From: Actinomycetes bacterium
GTDB taxonomy: Bacteria > Actinomycetota > Acidimicrobiia > Acidimicrobiales > Microtrichaceae
NCBI GenBank assembly: GCA_023389745.1
Contig: JAEWED010000197.1
Location: 1,212-65,211, forward strand
Reading direction: 5' to 3'
Length of the DNA: 64,000 bases
A model generated the notes under the pieces. The model was not told the origin of the DNA and searched no databases. It saw only the letters and a program-made list of their open reading frames with translations. Positions 44,409 to 54,027 of the stretch are shown in pieces. The first letter of the stretch is position 1; each line of letters begins with the position of its first letter. The position numbers were made by a program, and so were the translations under genes.

Positions 44409-45677
44409 TTGGCCGACAGCATCACCATCACCGACAACCGCACCGGGGAGTCCGTAGAGATCCCCATCCTGGACGGCGGGGTGGACGCCAAGCCCTGGTC
44501 GAAGCTCCTTCCGGGGGTCTGGTTCCACGACCCGTCGTTCGGCACCACGTCGGGCGTCGCCTCCGCCATCACCGAGCTCGACGGCGAGGCCGGCATCCTC
44601 CGCTACCGCGGCTATCCGATCGAGCAGCTCGCGGAGCAGTCCAGCTACCTCGAGGTCGCCTACCTGCTGATCAACGGCGACCTGCCGACGCCGGAGCAGT
44701 TCGAGGACTGGCGCTACGAGATCACCCACCACACGTTCATCCACGAGAACGTGCGCAAGCGCTTCATGGAGGGCTTCCACCACGACGCCCACCCCATGGG
44801 CATGCTCGTGTCGACCATCGCCGCGCTGTCGACCTTCTACCCCGAGGCGAAGCAGATCGACGACCCCGACATCCTGATGAAGCAGGTCGTGCGGCTCATC
44901 GCCAAGATGCCGACGCTCGCCGCGGGTGCCTACCGCCATTCCGCCGGCATGCCCTTCGTCTACCCGGACAACAGCCTCGACTTCGCGGCGAACTTCCTGT
45001 CGATGATGTGGAAGACCGCGGAGCCCCGCTACGACGCCAACCCGGTGCTCGCCCGTGCGCTCGACGTGCTGTTCATCCTGCACGCGGACCACGAGCAGAA
45101 CTGCTCGACCACCGCGATGCGCACCGTCGGTTCCTCGCACGCCGATCCGTACATCTCCACCGCGGCGGCCACCGCCGGCCTGTACGGCCCGCGCCACGGC
45201 GGCGCGAACGAGGCCGTCATCCGCATGCTCACCGAGATCGGCTCGATCGACAACGTCGAGGCCTACGTCGAGGCCGTGAAGCGTGGCGAGACCCGTCTGC
45301 AGGGCTTCGGTCACCGCGTCTACAAGAACTACGACCCCCGTGCCCGCATCATCAAGAAGACGGCGGACGAGGTCTTCGAGGTCACCGGCAAGAACCCGCT
45401 GCTCGACATCGCGCTGAAGCTCGAAGAGGTCGCCCTGAGCGACGACTACTTCGTGAGCCGCAAGCTGTACCCGAACGTCGACTTCTACTCGGGCCTGATC
45501 TACCAGGCGATGGGCTTCCCGATGGACATGTTCACCGTGCTGTTCGCGATCCCGCGCACCGCCGGTTGGCTCGCCCACTACATCGAGCTGCTCGACCAGG
45601 ACTCGCGGATCTACCGCCCGCGTCAGCTCTACGTCGGCCAGCCCGAGCGCGACTACCGCCCGATCGAGACCCGCTGA
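44409..45677 (+). CDS. gltA: citrate synthase (type II)
   Basis: ILRYRGYPIEQLAE...LHADHEQNCSTT...GPRHGGANE...GFGHRVYKNYDPRA...NVDFYSG. TTG start per the track. Confidence 0.95.
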   Translation: MADSITITDNRTGESVEIPILDGGVDAKPWSKLLPGVWFHDPSFGTTSGVASAITELDGEAGILRYRGYPIEQLAEQSSYLEVAYLLINGDLPTPEQFEDWRYEITHHTFIHENVRKRFMEGFHHDAHPMGMLVSTIAALSTFYPEAKQIDDPDILMKQVVRLIAKMPTLAAGAYRHSAGMPFVYPDNSLDFAANFLSMMWKTAEPRYDANPVLARALDVLFILHADHEQNCSTTAMRTVGSSHADPYISTAAATAGLYGPRHGGANEAVIRMLTEIGSIDNVEAYVEAVKRGETRLQGFGHRVYKNYDPRARIIKKTADEVFEVTGKNPLLDIALKLEEVALSDDYFVSRKLYPNVDFYSGLIYQAMGFPMDMFTVLFAIPRTAGWLAHYIELLDQDSRIYRPRQLYVGQPERDYRPIETR

Positions 45678-45691
45678 GCCCAGGGCCCAGC

Positions 45692-45763
45692 CCAGCTCGC
45701 CCGATCTGGCCAGCTCGAACGATCAGGCCAGCTCGCCCGATCAGCCCAGCTCGAACGAGCCCA
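45692..45763. repeat. 36-bp unit x2 (18-bp sub-period CCAGCTCG...) duplicating the 3' end and stop codon of the downstream minus-strand gene
   Basis: CCAGCTCG recurs at 45692, 45710, 45728 and 45746. The copy at 45728-45763 contains the real stop (45741-45743). Confidence 0.8.
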
Positions 45764-46640
45764 CGAGCCGGTCGTGCATGGCACGCAGGTCGTCCTCGCT
45801 CTCGACCGGACCCAGGACGTTGAGCTCATAGAGGTCGCTGCCGCCGATCACCACGCGGCTCAAGAGGATGCTCTCGCGGCCGTCGACGGTTCCCCGGAGC
45901 TCCATCGCCATGGCGGCGCCGTCGGTGCCCTCGACGACGTGGTGCGACGTGAGCTCGGCGCCCACCAGGCCCATGTCCTCGACGCCCTGGGCCGCGGCGG
46001 ACGGCGAGAAGGGAATGGTGTCGAAGTTCGCGCCCGGCGGCACGATCTCCGGGGTGCGAGCCACGGTCACCAGGAAGTTCGGGTTCTCGACCACGGCGCT
46101 CTCGAGGGCGCCCGGCGCGCCGTAGACGTCGGGCATCTCGACGTCGTGCTCGTCGGCGATGCCCGGCATGAGGACGGAGTAGCGGCCCTCGGGCTCGTCG
46201 TAGGTGGTCCAGAAGAGCTCCTCTGCCACGAGCTCGGACTCGGTGGTCGTGCCGAGCAGCGTGATGATCGCGACCAGCCCGATGACGGGGACCAGGCACA
46301 GCGCTCCGACGATGACCAGCACCTTCGCCGTGGACGTGCCACGCTTCGGCGGCGGCCCGACGTGGCCGGGCGCCCCCGGGGATGCCGTGCCCGGGAACGC
46401 CGTGCCTGGGAACGCCGTGCCCGGGAACGGCGGCGGCATCGACGGCACCGGTTGGCCGCTCGGGGCCGCGGTGAACGGCGCGGACGTGGCCGCGTCCACC
46501 GCCGCACCCTGGCCGGGCGCGACGAACGCCGCGCCACCCGCAGGGGCGACCGCCCGCGGCGCCGGGAGCTCCGCCGAGCAGATGGAGCAGGTCGTGGCGT
46601 CGGGATCCACGAGGAATCGGCAGTGCGGGCAGGTCTTCAC
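45741..46640 (-). CDS. zinc-ribbon, single-pass membrane protein with Pro/Gly-rich linker (hypothetical)
   Basis: VKTCPHCRFLVDPDATTCSICSAEL is CxxC...CxxC. The TM segment is VLVIVGALCLVPVIGLVAIITLL. GTG 46640 has GAGGTG upstream. Confidence 0.6.
   Translation of the reverse strand: MKTCPHCRFLVDPDATTCSICSAELPAPRAVAPAGGAAFVAPGQGAAVDAATSAPFTAAPSGQPVPSMPPPFPGTAFPGTAFPGTASPGAPGHVGPPPKRGTSTAKVLVIVGALCLVPVIGLVAIITLLGTTTESELVAEELFWTTYDEPEGRYSVLMPGIADEHDVEMPDVYGAPGALESAVVENPNFLVTVARTPEIVPPGANFDTIPFSPSAAAQGVEDMGLVGAELTSHHVVEGTDGAAMAMELRGTVDGRESILLSRVVIGGSDLYELNVLGPVESEDDLRAMHDRLVGSFELG
46384..46428. repeat. 15-bp tandem repeat x3 (GCCGTGCCCGGGAAC), in frame (FPGTA repeats)
   Basis: Position cross-checked against track ORF 46204. 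Confidence 0.85.
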
Positions 46641-46771
46641 GTGGACACCTCGAGGTCTCTGCACCAACCGGTGCGTCGGCGCGCGCTCATGACCGAGCAT
46701 CGACAGGTTGTGCGCTCAACCTGAACCATGGGTGGCCACACCGGGGTGCCGAGTGATGACACCATGCACGG

Positions 46772-47134
46772 ATGCCCGACTCCCCCTCCCCGCGTGGACC
46801 CGAGGTCCGCGACGTCGTCGTCGACCGTCCGACGATGCAGCTGCGCCTCACCTTCGACGACGGCGTGAGCGGATCGATCCCACTCGTCGAGCTGCGACTC
46901 GCCTGCCCGTGCGCCACCTGTCGGGCAGCCCGGCAGGCCGGCCGGGACGTCTGGCCGACCGCCCCGGGGGCGCAGACGCTCGAGCTCACCGGCGCACAGC
47001 TGGTGGGCGCGTGGGGTCTCGGGGTCGCGTGGAACGACGGGCACGCGACGGGCATCTACCCCTTCGAGTCGCTGCACGAGTGGATCCTGGCGGGACACCC
47101 GGTCTTCCATCCCGACTCGGGCCTGGGGGCCTGA
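46772..47134 (+). CDS. DUF971-like protein (gamma-butyrobetaine hydroxylase N-terminal-like)
   Basis: LRLACPCATC...LVGAWGLGVAWNDGHATGIYPFESL. Confidence 0.6.
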   Translation: MPDSPSPRGPEVRDVVVDRPTMQLRLTFDDGVSGSIPLVELRLACPCATCRAARQAGRDVWPTAPGAQTLELTGAQLVGAWGLGVAWNDGHATGIYPFESLHEWILAGHPVFHPDSGLGA

Positions 47135-47137
47135 CGC

Positions 47138-48280
47138 ATGGACTTCGAGCTCGACCCGCACCTTCAGGAGCTGTCGGAAGAGGCACACGAGGTGGGTCGC
47201 GCGGCCGCCCTGCGTCTGGAGCCCGAGGCCGGCGGGCCACCCGACGAGGCGGTCACCGAGGACACGTGGCTCGCGTCGACCTCCCGCGAGTTCTCACGCG
47301 AGCTGGCCGAGCGGGGCTGGCTGGGCATGACCTGGCCCGTCGAGGCGGGCGGCGGCGGACGCAGCGCGATCGAACGCGTCGTCGTGGTCGAGGCGCTGAT
47401 CTCCGAGGGCGCGCCGCTGGCGACGTCGTGGTTCGCCGACCGCCAGATCGGTCCGACCCTGTTGCAGTTCGGCAGCGAGGACCAGCAACGACGCTGGCTG
47501 CCCGACATCGTGGGCGGCACCTCGGCGTGGTGCATCGGCATGAGCGAACCGGACGCCGGGTCCGACGTGGCGTCGCTGCGGACCAGCGCGGTGCGCCGCG
47601 GCGACGACTGGGTCGTCAACGGCCAGAAGATCTGGACCTCGGGAGCCTGGGATGCGGATTGGTGCTATCTGATCGCCCGCACCGATCCGACGGCTCCGGC
47701 CCACGCAGGGCTGTCGGAGTTCGTGGTCGACATGTCCTCGCCGGGCATCGAGGTGCGACGCATCGTGGACGCGACCGGCAACGCGCACTTCTGCGAGGTC
47801 TACTTCGACGACGTGGTCGTCCCCGGCGACCACCTCGTCGGCACGCTCAACGACAGCTTCCGACAGGTGATGCGCCAGATGGAGCACGAGCGCGGCGGCA
47901 TCGACCGGCTCGTGTCGAACCGTCGTCTCTACCTCGACGCCGTCGCCGAGGCCGATCTGCACGACCCGCTGCTGCGCGACGAGTGGGCCCGGCTCGAGTC
48001 GGAGTTCACGATCGGACGGATGCTCGTCCTCCGAGAGGTGCTGCGTCAGGCCCCGCCGGGTTTCTCGGCGGCGACCAAGACGTTCTGCACCGAGTTCGAG
48101 CAGCGCGTGGCGGAGTTCTGCGTGCGAGCCGCCGGAGCCCGGGCGATGCAGTGGAACCGGGTGTCGCGCAACATCGTCTACGCGCCCGCCTACACGATCA
48201 TGGGCGGCACCTCGAACATCCTGCGCAACATCATCGGCGAACGCCTGCTCGGCCTGCCCCGGGAGCCGCGCCCGAGCTGA
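47138..48280 (+). CDS. acyl-CoA dehydrogenase family protein
   Basis: 380 aa: GLSEPDAGSD-like segment (IGMSEPDAGSDVASL), KIWTSGA and a typical C-terminal helical domain. The gene starts 3 nt after the DUF971 stop. Confidence 0.85.
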   Translation: MDFELDPHLQELSEEAHEVGRAAALRLEPEAGGPPDEAVTEDTWLASTSREFSRELAERGWLGMTWPVEAGGGGRSAIERVVVVEALISEGAPLATSWFADRQIGPTLLQFGSEDQQRRWLPDIVGGTSAWCIGMSEPDAGSDVASLRTSAVRRGDDWVVNGQKIWTSGAWDADWCYLIARTDPTAPAHAGLSEFVVDMSSPGIEVRRIVDATGNAHFCEVYFDDVVVPGDHLVGTLNDSFRQVMRQMEHERGGIDRLVSNRRLYLDAVAEADLHDPLLRDEWARLESEFTIGRMLVLREVLRQAPPGFSAATKTFCTEFEQRVAEFCVRAAGARAMQWNRVSRNIVYAPAYTIMGGTSNILRNIIGERLLGLPREPRPS

Positions 48281-48304
48281 CGCCCGAGTCGCTCGCTGAC
48301 CTGC

Positions 48305-49327
48305 TCAGCCCGTGAAGCGGATCGCTGCACCGGTGCCCGGTGCCGCCGAGGGGGTGGGCGCCGGATCTCCGGACGCCGGGGTCGCCCGCGGACCGATCTG
48401 CACGCACGGCTCGTCGAGGCTCCACGTCCAGCTGATGGCTCCGCCCCGGTTGCTGTTCGTGATCGTGAGGTAGCGGACCCCGTTGCGTTCGGACGCCGAC
48501 ACCCCGCCGACGCTCCTGTTGTCGGGCTGGTACTCGTCGGGCACCGTCGTGAACTCGATCGACCGGGTGCCGTCGTCGCTGCGCACCCGCTCCCCCTGTC
48601 CGTCGGCCTCCGCCGAGGCGGTCACGACCTCGTTCCCCGAACCGAAGCGGGCGACGGCACCCGCCACGCCCTCGACGCGGCGGAGTTCGGCGCCGCTCGA
48701 CGCGTCACCGCCGGGTCCGGCCGCCACGAGATCGGCGCCGGAGAGGATCACCGTGGTGCCCGACCGCATCGACGGTTCGGTGTCGGTCACGATGAACAGG
48801 TCCGGCACGGCGTCGCCGTCCCAGGTCGTCGCCCCGACCGACACCCCTGCGGGCGCTCGGGTCCCCACCGTCGCCACGTCGTGCGCCCCGGGTGCGGTGC
48901 CGGACCACACGACGTACCCCGCCAGCAGGGTCCTGAGATCCGGCGAGGCCTCGAACACCCAGACCTCGTCCTCGCCGTCGCCGTCGAGGTCGCCGGCGCT
49001 CGACCCGAACAGCGTCGCGCCAGCACGCGAGAGCTCCAGGTCGCCGGACGGTCGGATGACCACCAGGGTGGGGCCTGCAGGCCGTCCGTAGTCGACCCGG
49101 GCGGTGCCCGCGTCGTCGAGCTCCGGTGTGGACTCGAGCTGATCCACGGTCACCTCGGTGCCTGGCACGGCCGGGGAACCGTCGAACCCGAGTCGCTGCG
49201 ATGCGACCGGCGGGTAGGGCGCAGCACAACCCGGTCCCGACTGACCCGAGGCGGATCCGGTGACGGCGAACGTCGCAGCCGCCACCATCGTCCCCGCCGT
49301 CGCGATCACCGCTGATCGTCGCCTCAT
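48305..49327 (-). CDS. secreted protein with FG-GAP/VCBS-like Asp-rich motif (hypothetical)
   Basis: MRRRSAVIATAGTMVAAATFAVTGSASG is a signal peptide, and GDLDGDGEDEVWV is present. The start is internal codon 137 of track ORF 48305-49735. Confidence 0.55.
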   Translation of the reverse strand: MRRRSAVIATAGTMVAAATFAVTGSASGQSGPGCAAPYPPVASQRLGFDGSPAVPGTEVTVDQLESTPELDDAGTARVDYGRPAGPTLVVIRPSGDLELSRAGATLFGSSAGDLDGDGEDEVWVFEASPDLRTLLAGYVVWSGTAPGAHDVATVGTRAPAGVSVGATTWDGDAVPDLFIVTDTEPSMRSGTTVILSGADLVAAGPGGDASSGAELRRVEGVAGAVARFGSGNEVVTASAEADGQGERVRSDDGTRSIEFTTVPDEYQPDNRSVGGVSASERNGVRYLTITNSNRGGAISWTWSLDEPCVQIGPRATPASGDPAPTPSAAPGTGAAIRFTG

Positions 49328-49460
49328 ACCGCGCCTCCCCCCGTCGCCGCTGGCGCACACGCTAGCGGCGCACGCACCGGATCGTTCGGACCGCAAGCGC
49401 CGCAGAGGTCCACGGAGCCGCCGATCGACGGGTTCGGGGTCGCCGTCACGGCGTGGCGCG

Positions 49461-52127
49461 TCAGTCGAGGCGACGGACGTCGAAGTCGTCGGGTGGGCGA
49501 CCGACGAGCACCTCGACGTCGGCGACGAGCGCCTCGGACGGCGAGCACACGACCGGGTCGACACGCAGCGAGCGGATGCTCTCGTTGTCGACCACCAGCG
49601 ACGCCAGGTTGTGGACCAGCTCGACCACGGCGACACGATCCAGTGGATCGGTGAGCACCCGCCCCACGGGCGAGGACGCCACCAGGCTCGAGGCGTCGGA
49701 CAACGTGAGCGGCAGCACACCCAGCACCTCGTCACGGGCGATCGAGGCCGGGCCGCCGAGCCCGACGCGCACGGTGCCGGACCCGCCGGGATCGCGCCGG
49801 ACGCTCACGGCGACGTCGATGCCCTGGGGGACGAACCGCTGCACCACCGCCGGGGTCAGGCCGTCGCCCCAGGCGGCGTGCAGACGGTTCCATGCGTCGC
49901 GGACCTGCTCGCCCCCTGTCAGGTCGAGCACGACGCCGCTGGCAGCGGAGCGTGCCGTCCGATCACGGCGCCGAGCCTTGAGGACCACCGCGGCGTCCAT
50001 CGCCTCGGCCGCTGCGACCGCAGCGTCGACGTCGTCGACCTCGACCCGTTCGAGCACCTCGACGTGGTAGGCGGCGAGCAGGTCGGACTGCTGCACGATC
50101 GACAGGGGCACCTCGACGCCGTCATCGAGCTCGCCGACGGCGTCGAGGACCGCCCGGGCGACGTTCTGCTCCGCGACGCGCTCCTCGGACTCGCCCGCGG
50201 AGTCGACCGACGCACGCCAGGACCGGTAGTCGGCGAGACGGCCGATCGCGCGGGCGGCGTCCTCGGGGAACCGGAAGATCGGCAGCGCCGCGCCGTCGCG
50301 CTCCAGGCGGCCCCGGCCGGCGGCGCCGAGCATGGTCGCTGCGAACGTGATGTCGGGGGACGCGCTCGTCGCGTCGAGCACCACGTCGACGAAGTCGTCG
50401 TCGAGCTCCAGGTGCGGCGGCGTGTGGATGACCATCACCGAGTGCACCCTGGGATCGTCACGCACCCACTCGATGGCCGTGCGGTACGCGGCTGCGTCGG
50501 CGAGGTGGGTCAGGTCGATCGGGTTGGGCAGGTCGACGCCGTCGACCTGGAAGGGCACCAGCTCGAGTCCGGCGGCCACGCAGGCGTTGGCCGCCAGGGT
50601 CACGGCGCCGTCGGAGTTGCCGAGCACCACCACGCCGTGGCCCCGCGGCACCGGCTGATCCGCGACCAGGCGTCCGATGTCGAAGAGCTGCTCCAGGGTG
50701 TCGACGCCGATCACGCCCGTCTGGCGGAACATCGCCTGGGCGCGCGCCAGATCGTCACCGGCGGCGTCGTCGCGGCCCGGCGCGGTCATCGACGTCTGCA
50801 GCGCAGCGACGGGCATCTCCGACGACGCGGCGCGGGCGGCGCGCACGAACCGGGGCTGCAGGTCGTGTGCGGCGAGGTAGAGCAGGACGCCTGCGGTGGC
50901 GTCGTCCTCGCACCAGTAGCTCAACAGGTCGCTGACCGAGATGTCGGCGCGATTGCCCGCGGCGACGAGCGTCGAGATGCCCAGGTCCATGCGCACGGCG
51001 TGCTCGATGATCGCCGCGGCCAGGGTTCCGGACTCGGCGAGCATGGCGGTCCGCCCCCTCGGCGGCACGCTCGGGGCGATCGTGGCGTCGAGCCGGATCT
51101 CGGGGTCGGTGTTGACCACACCCAGGCAGTTGGGTCCGAGCAGCCGGATGCCGTGGTGGCGTGCCGCCTCGACCGCCGCTGCCTCGAGCGCCGCGCCCTC
51201 GGGCCCGGACTCGGAGAACCCCGCCGACATCACCACGACCCCGCCGACGCCGTGCTCGCCGCACTCGTCGACGATGGCGGGCACCGCCGCCGCTGGTGTG
51301 GCGATCACCACCAGGTCGACCGGGCCGGGCAGCTCCGCCACCGAGCGGAACATCGCCACCCCGTCGATCGTGCCGCCGCCAGGGTTCACCGCGTGCAACG
51401 GCCCCTGGAAGCCGTTCGCCGCCAGGTTGCGGAAGACATCCGCCCCGATGCCGGTGCCGCCCCGGCCGACGCCGACCACGGCGACCGACCGAGGGGCGAG
51501 CAGGCGTCGCACCGACGCGGCTTCGGCACGTCGCTCACGACGGTCGACCGCTGCGAGCGACGCGGCGGTCGGGTCGATGTCGAAGGCCACCTCGACCACG
51601 CCGTCGTCGATGCGCGACGACACCTGGTACCCGGCCGCGGCGAACACCCGGAGCATCCCTCGGTTGTGCGGCAGCGTCGTCGCGGCGAAACGACGCACCC
51701 CACGCTCGAGGCCGGCAGCGGCGAGGTACTCGAGCAGCAGCGTCGCGAGGCCCCGGCCGTGGTGGGCGTCGTCGACGAAGAAGGCGACCTCGGCGGTGTC
51801 CGAGCCGCGATAGCGCTCGTAGCGGGCCACGGCGATCAGCTCGTCACCGGCCAGCGCGACGAACGCGACGCGGTCGTGGTGGTCGACGTGGGTGAAGCGG
51901 TGCAGGTCGCGCTCGGACAGCTGCGGTCGCGGCGAGAAGTAGCGGAAGTAGATCGATTCCGGCGACTGGCGCGAGTGGAATCGGCCCAGCCGCTCGGCGT
52001 CGTCGGGCACGATGGGCCGGACGTGGACGGTCTGCCCGTCACTCAGGACGACATCGGTCTCCCAGGAGGCTGGGTACGCTCCGGTCTCGTCGGAGTCCAC
52101 GCGCAGCAGCGTACCCAAAGGAGCCAC
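49461..52127 (-). CDS. GNAT acetyltransferase fused to an ADP-forming acyl-CoA synthetase-like (CoA-binding/ATP-grasp) region, Pat-type protein acetyltransferase architecture
   Basis: The N-terminal GNAT has VAFFVDDAHHGRGLATLLLEYL. SVAVVGVGRGGTGIGADVFRNL...GPLHAVNP is the CoA-binding region, and the C-terminal region is long. The GTG start abuts the divergent DUF885 GTG (shared CACGTG at 52125-52130). Confidence 0.8.
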   Translation of the reverse strand: MAPLGTLLRVDSDETGAYPASWETDVVLSDGQTVHVRPIVPDDAERLGRFHSRQSPESIYFRYFSPRPQLSERDLHRFTHVDHHDRVAFVALAGDELIAVARYERYRGSDTAEVAFFVDDAHHGRGLATLLLEYLAAAGLERGVRRFAATTLPHNRGMLRVFAAAGYQVSSRIDDGVVEVAFDIDPTAASLAAVDRRERRAEAASVRRLLAPRSVAVVGVGRGGTGIGADVFRNLAANGFQGPLHAVNPGGGTIDGVAMFRSVAELPGPVDLVVIATPAAAVPAIVDECGEHGVGGVVVMSAGFSESGPEGAALEAAAVEAARHHGIRLLGPNCLGVVNTDPEIRLDATIAPSVPPRGRTAMLAESGTLAAAIIEHAVRMDLGISTLVAAGNRADISVSDLLSYWCEDDATAGVLLYLAAHDLQPRFVRAARAASSEMPVAALQTSMTAPGRDDAAGDDLARAQAMFRQTGVIGVDTLEQLFDIGRLVADQPVPRGHGVVVLGNSDGAVTLAANACVAAGLELVPFQVDGVDLPNPIDLTHLADAAAYRTAIEWVRDDPRVHSVMVIHTPPHLELDDDFVDVVLDATSASPDITFAATMLGAAGRGRLERDGAALPIFRFPEDAARAIGRLADYRSWRASVDSAGESEERVAEQNVARAVLDAVGELDDGVEVPLSIVQQSDLLAAYHVEVLERVEVDDVDAAVAAAEAMDAAVVLKARRRDRTARSAASGVVLDLTGGEQVRDAWNRLHAAWGDGLTPAVVQRFVPQGIDVAVSVRRDPGGSGTVRVGLGGPASIARDEVLGVLPLTLSDASSLVASSPVGRVLTDPLDRVAVVELVHNLASLVVDNESIRSLRVDPVVCSPSEALVADVEVLVGRPPDDFDVRRLD

Positions 52128-53897
52128 GTGACCGAGGACAGCACCTCTCCCCGTCCCGACGCCGGTCCGGCCACCCTCGACGCGACCGGTGCGCTGGCGG
52201 ACCTGGCGCAGCGCTACTGGGACGCGCAGCTCGAGGCGTCACCGCTGACCGCCTCGCTGCTGGGCATGCACCACTACGACGACCGCATCGACGACCTGTC
52301 CGAAGCCGCCGAGGACACCCGACGAGCGCAGCTCGAAGCGTTCGCCGCGGAGCTCCGCCGGATCGACCACCACGCGCTGGACCCTGCCGGACGGGTGACC
52401 GCCGCGCTGCTCGGCCACCAGATCGACGCCGGGATCGAGGCGGCGGTGCTGCGACTCGCGGAGCTCGCCTCGGACCACCTCGACGGTCCCCACGCCGCGC
52501 TGCTCATGATCGCGCCGCAGCTGTCGTACCCCGATCCGTCGCTCGCGGCGAAGGCCCTGGTGCGCTACTCGCAGGTGCCGGGCTTCCTCGGACAGGCGCT
52601 CGACCGGTTCCGTTCGGGACTGCTCAGGGGCCGAACCCCTGCCGCGGCCGTGATCGCCCGGTCGGTCAACTCACTCGACGGCTACCTGGCCAGCGACGTC
52701 GACCAGGATCCCTTCCTGTCGCCGCAGCTCCCCTCGGAGTGGGCAGACGACGGCGACGAGGCGAGCGCCTGGCGAGCCGAGGCGCTCGAGCTCGTGACGA
52801 CCAGGATCCGACCCTCGTTCGCCAGGTACCGCGACGCGCTGCGCGACGAGCTCGGCGCCGTCGCCCGCAGCGACGAGCACGCCGGCTGGTCCTGGTTGCC
52901 CGACGGCGACCGCCTCTACTCGGCGTTGGTCCGCTCCCACACCACCGTCGAGCTGTCCCCCGCCGAGATCCACGAGCTGGGTCGGCGTCTCTGCGAGGTC
53001 GACCTGCCCGCGGAGTTCGTCTCGATCGGCGCCACCGTCTTCGGCGACGGCAGCGACGGCGCCGCGATGGACCTCGCCGCCGTGTTCGACCGGTTGCGAC
53101 AGGACCCGTCGCTCCGACACCGTGATGCGGATGAGGTCGTCGAGATCGCCGAGCGGTCGGTCCAGCGGGCCACCGAGGCGGCGTCGGCCTGGTTCGGCCG
53201 ACTGCCGGTCGCCGGATGCGAGGTCGCGCCGATCCCCGACTTCCTCGCCGCGGACGCTCCCTACGCGTACTACTTCCCACCTGCGATCGACGGCAGCCGA
53301 CCGGGCACGTACTTCATCAACACCGCCGACCCCGAAGGCGCCTCACGCACCGAGGCGGAGTCGATCGCGTTCCACGAGGCGATCCCCGGCCACCACCTGC
53401 AGATCACCATCAGCCAGGAGATCGACGACCTCCCAGAGTTCCAGCGACACGACGGGACGACCTCGTACGTCGAGGGTTGGGGGCTCTACGCCGAGCGTCT
53501 CGCCGACGAAATGGGCCTCTACAGCGGTGAGCTCGACCGCCTCGGCATGGTCACCGCCGATGCTTGGCGCTCCGCTCGCCTCGTCGTCGACACCGGCCTG
53601 CACGCCCTCGGCTGGTCGCGCCAGCAGGCGATCGACTACTTCGTCGAGCACACCCCGGTGCCGATCGACCAGATCGCACCCGAGGTCGACCGCTACCTCG
53701 CGATCCCGGGTCAGGCGCTGTCGTACAAGATCGGCCAGCACGAGATCCAACGGCTCCGGGCGCACGCCACCGACGCGCTCGGTGACCGCTTCGACGTCGC
53801 CGGCTTCCACGACGTCGTGCTCGGCTCCGGCGCGGTGACCCTGCCGGTGCTCGCCGGCATCGTCGACGCATGGATCGAGGAACGCAGCGCGGCCTGA
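52128..53897 (+). CDS. DUF885-family protein
   Basis: AFHEAIPGHHLQ and VDRYLAIPGQALSYKIG are characteristic. AAAGGAG lies 4 nt before GTG 52128. The upstream part of the 1545-aa track ORF is antisense to the preceding gene. Confidence 0.75.
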   Translation: MTEDSTSPRPDAGPATLDATGALADLAQRYWDAQLEASPLTASLLGMHHYDDRIDDLSEAAEDTRRAQLEAFAAELRRIDHHALDPAGRVTAALLGHQIDAGIEAAVLRLAELASDHLDGPHAALLMIAPQLSYPDPSLAAKALVRYSQVPGFLGQALDRFRSGLLRGRTPAAAVIARSVNSLDGYLASDVDQDPFLSPQLPSEWADDGDEASAWRAEALELVTTRIRPSFARYRDALRDELGAVARSDEHAGWSWLPDGDRLYSALVRSHTTVELSPAEIHELGRRLCEVDLPAEFVSIGATVFGDGSDGAAMDLAAVFDRLRQDPSLRHRDADEVVEIAERSVQRATEAASAWFGRLPVAGCEVAPIPDFLAADAPYAYYFPPAIDGSRPGTYFINTADPEGASRTEAESIAFHEAIPGHHLQITISQEIDDLPEFQRHDGTTSYVEGWGLYAERLADEMGLYSGELDRLGMVTADAWRSARLVVDTGLHALGWSRQQAIDYFVEHTPVPIDQIAPEVDRYLAIPGQALSYKIGQHEIQRLRAHATDALGDRFDVAGFHDVVLGSGAVTLPVLAGIVDAWIEERSAA

Positions 53898-53967
53898 CCG
53901 GCAGCGCTCGGTGCCGCTCACGATGACCCGGCCCGTAGCGAGGGCTGTCCGCGACCTCCGACGTCGC

Positions 53968-54001
53968 TGCCAGCCCTGAGTTGGTGCCAGCCCTGAGTTG
54001 G
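53968..54001. repeat. perfect 17-bp tandem duplication (TGCCAGCCCTGAGTTGG x2), intergenic
   Basis: Read from the sequence; cross-checked with track ORF 53998. Confidence 0.9.
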
Positions 54002-54027
54002 TGCCGCGGCGCGACCGGCGATTCGCC

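Noticed and set aside
49260-52127. First ~955 aa of the 1545-aa plus-strand ORF; similarly 18406-20775, 5328-6941, 56086-57837, 12578-13903, 38293-39639, 38615-40339, 44238-45578 and 60617-62008
   Set aside because: All are antisense shadows of well-supported genes (the GNAT/acyl-CoA synthetase-like gene, uvrC, the transposase, CocE/NonD, pgk, the GntR regulator, acn, gltA and rtcB).
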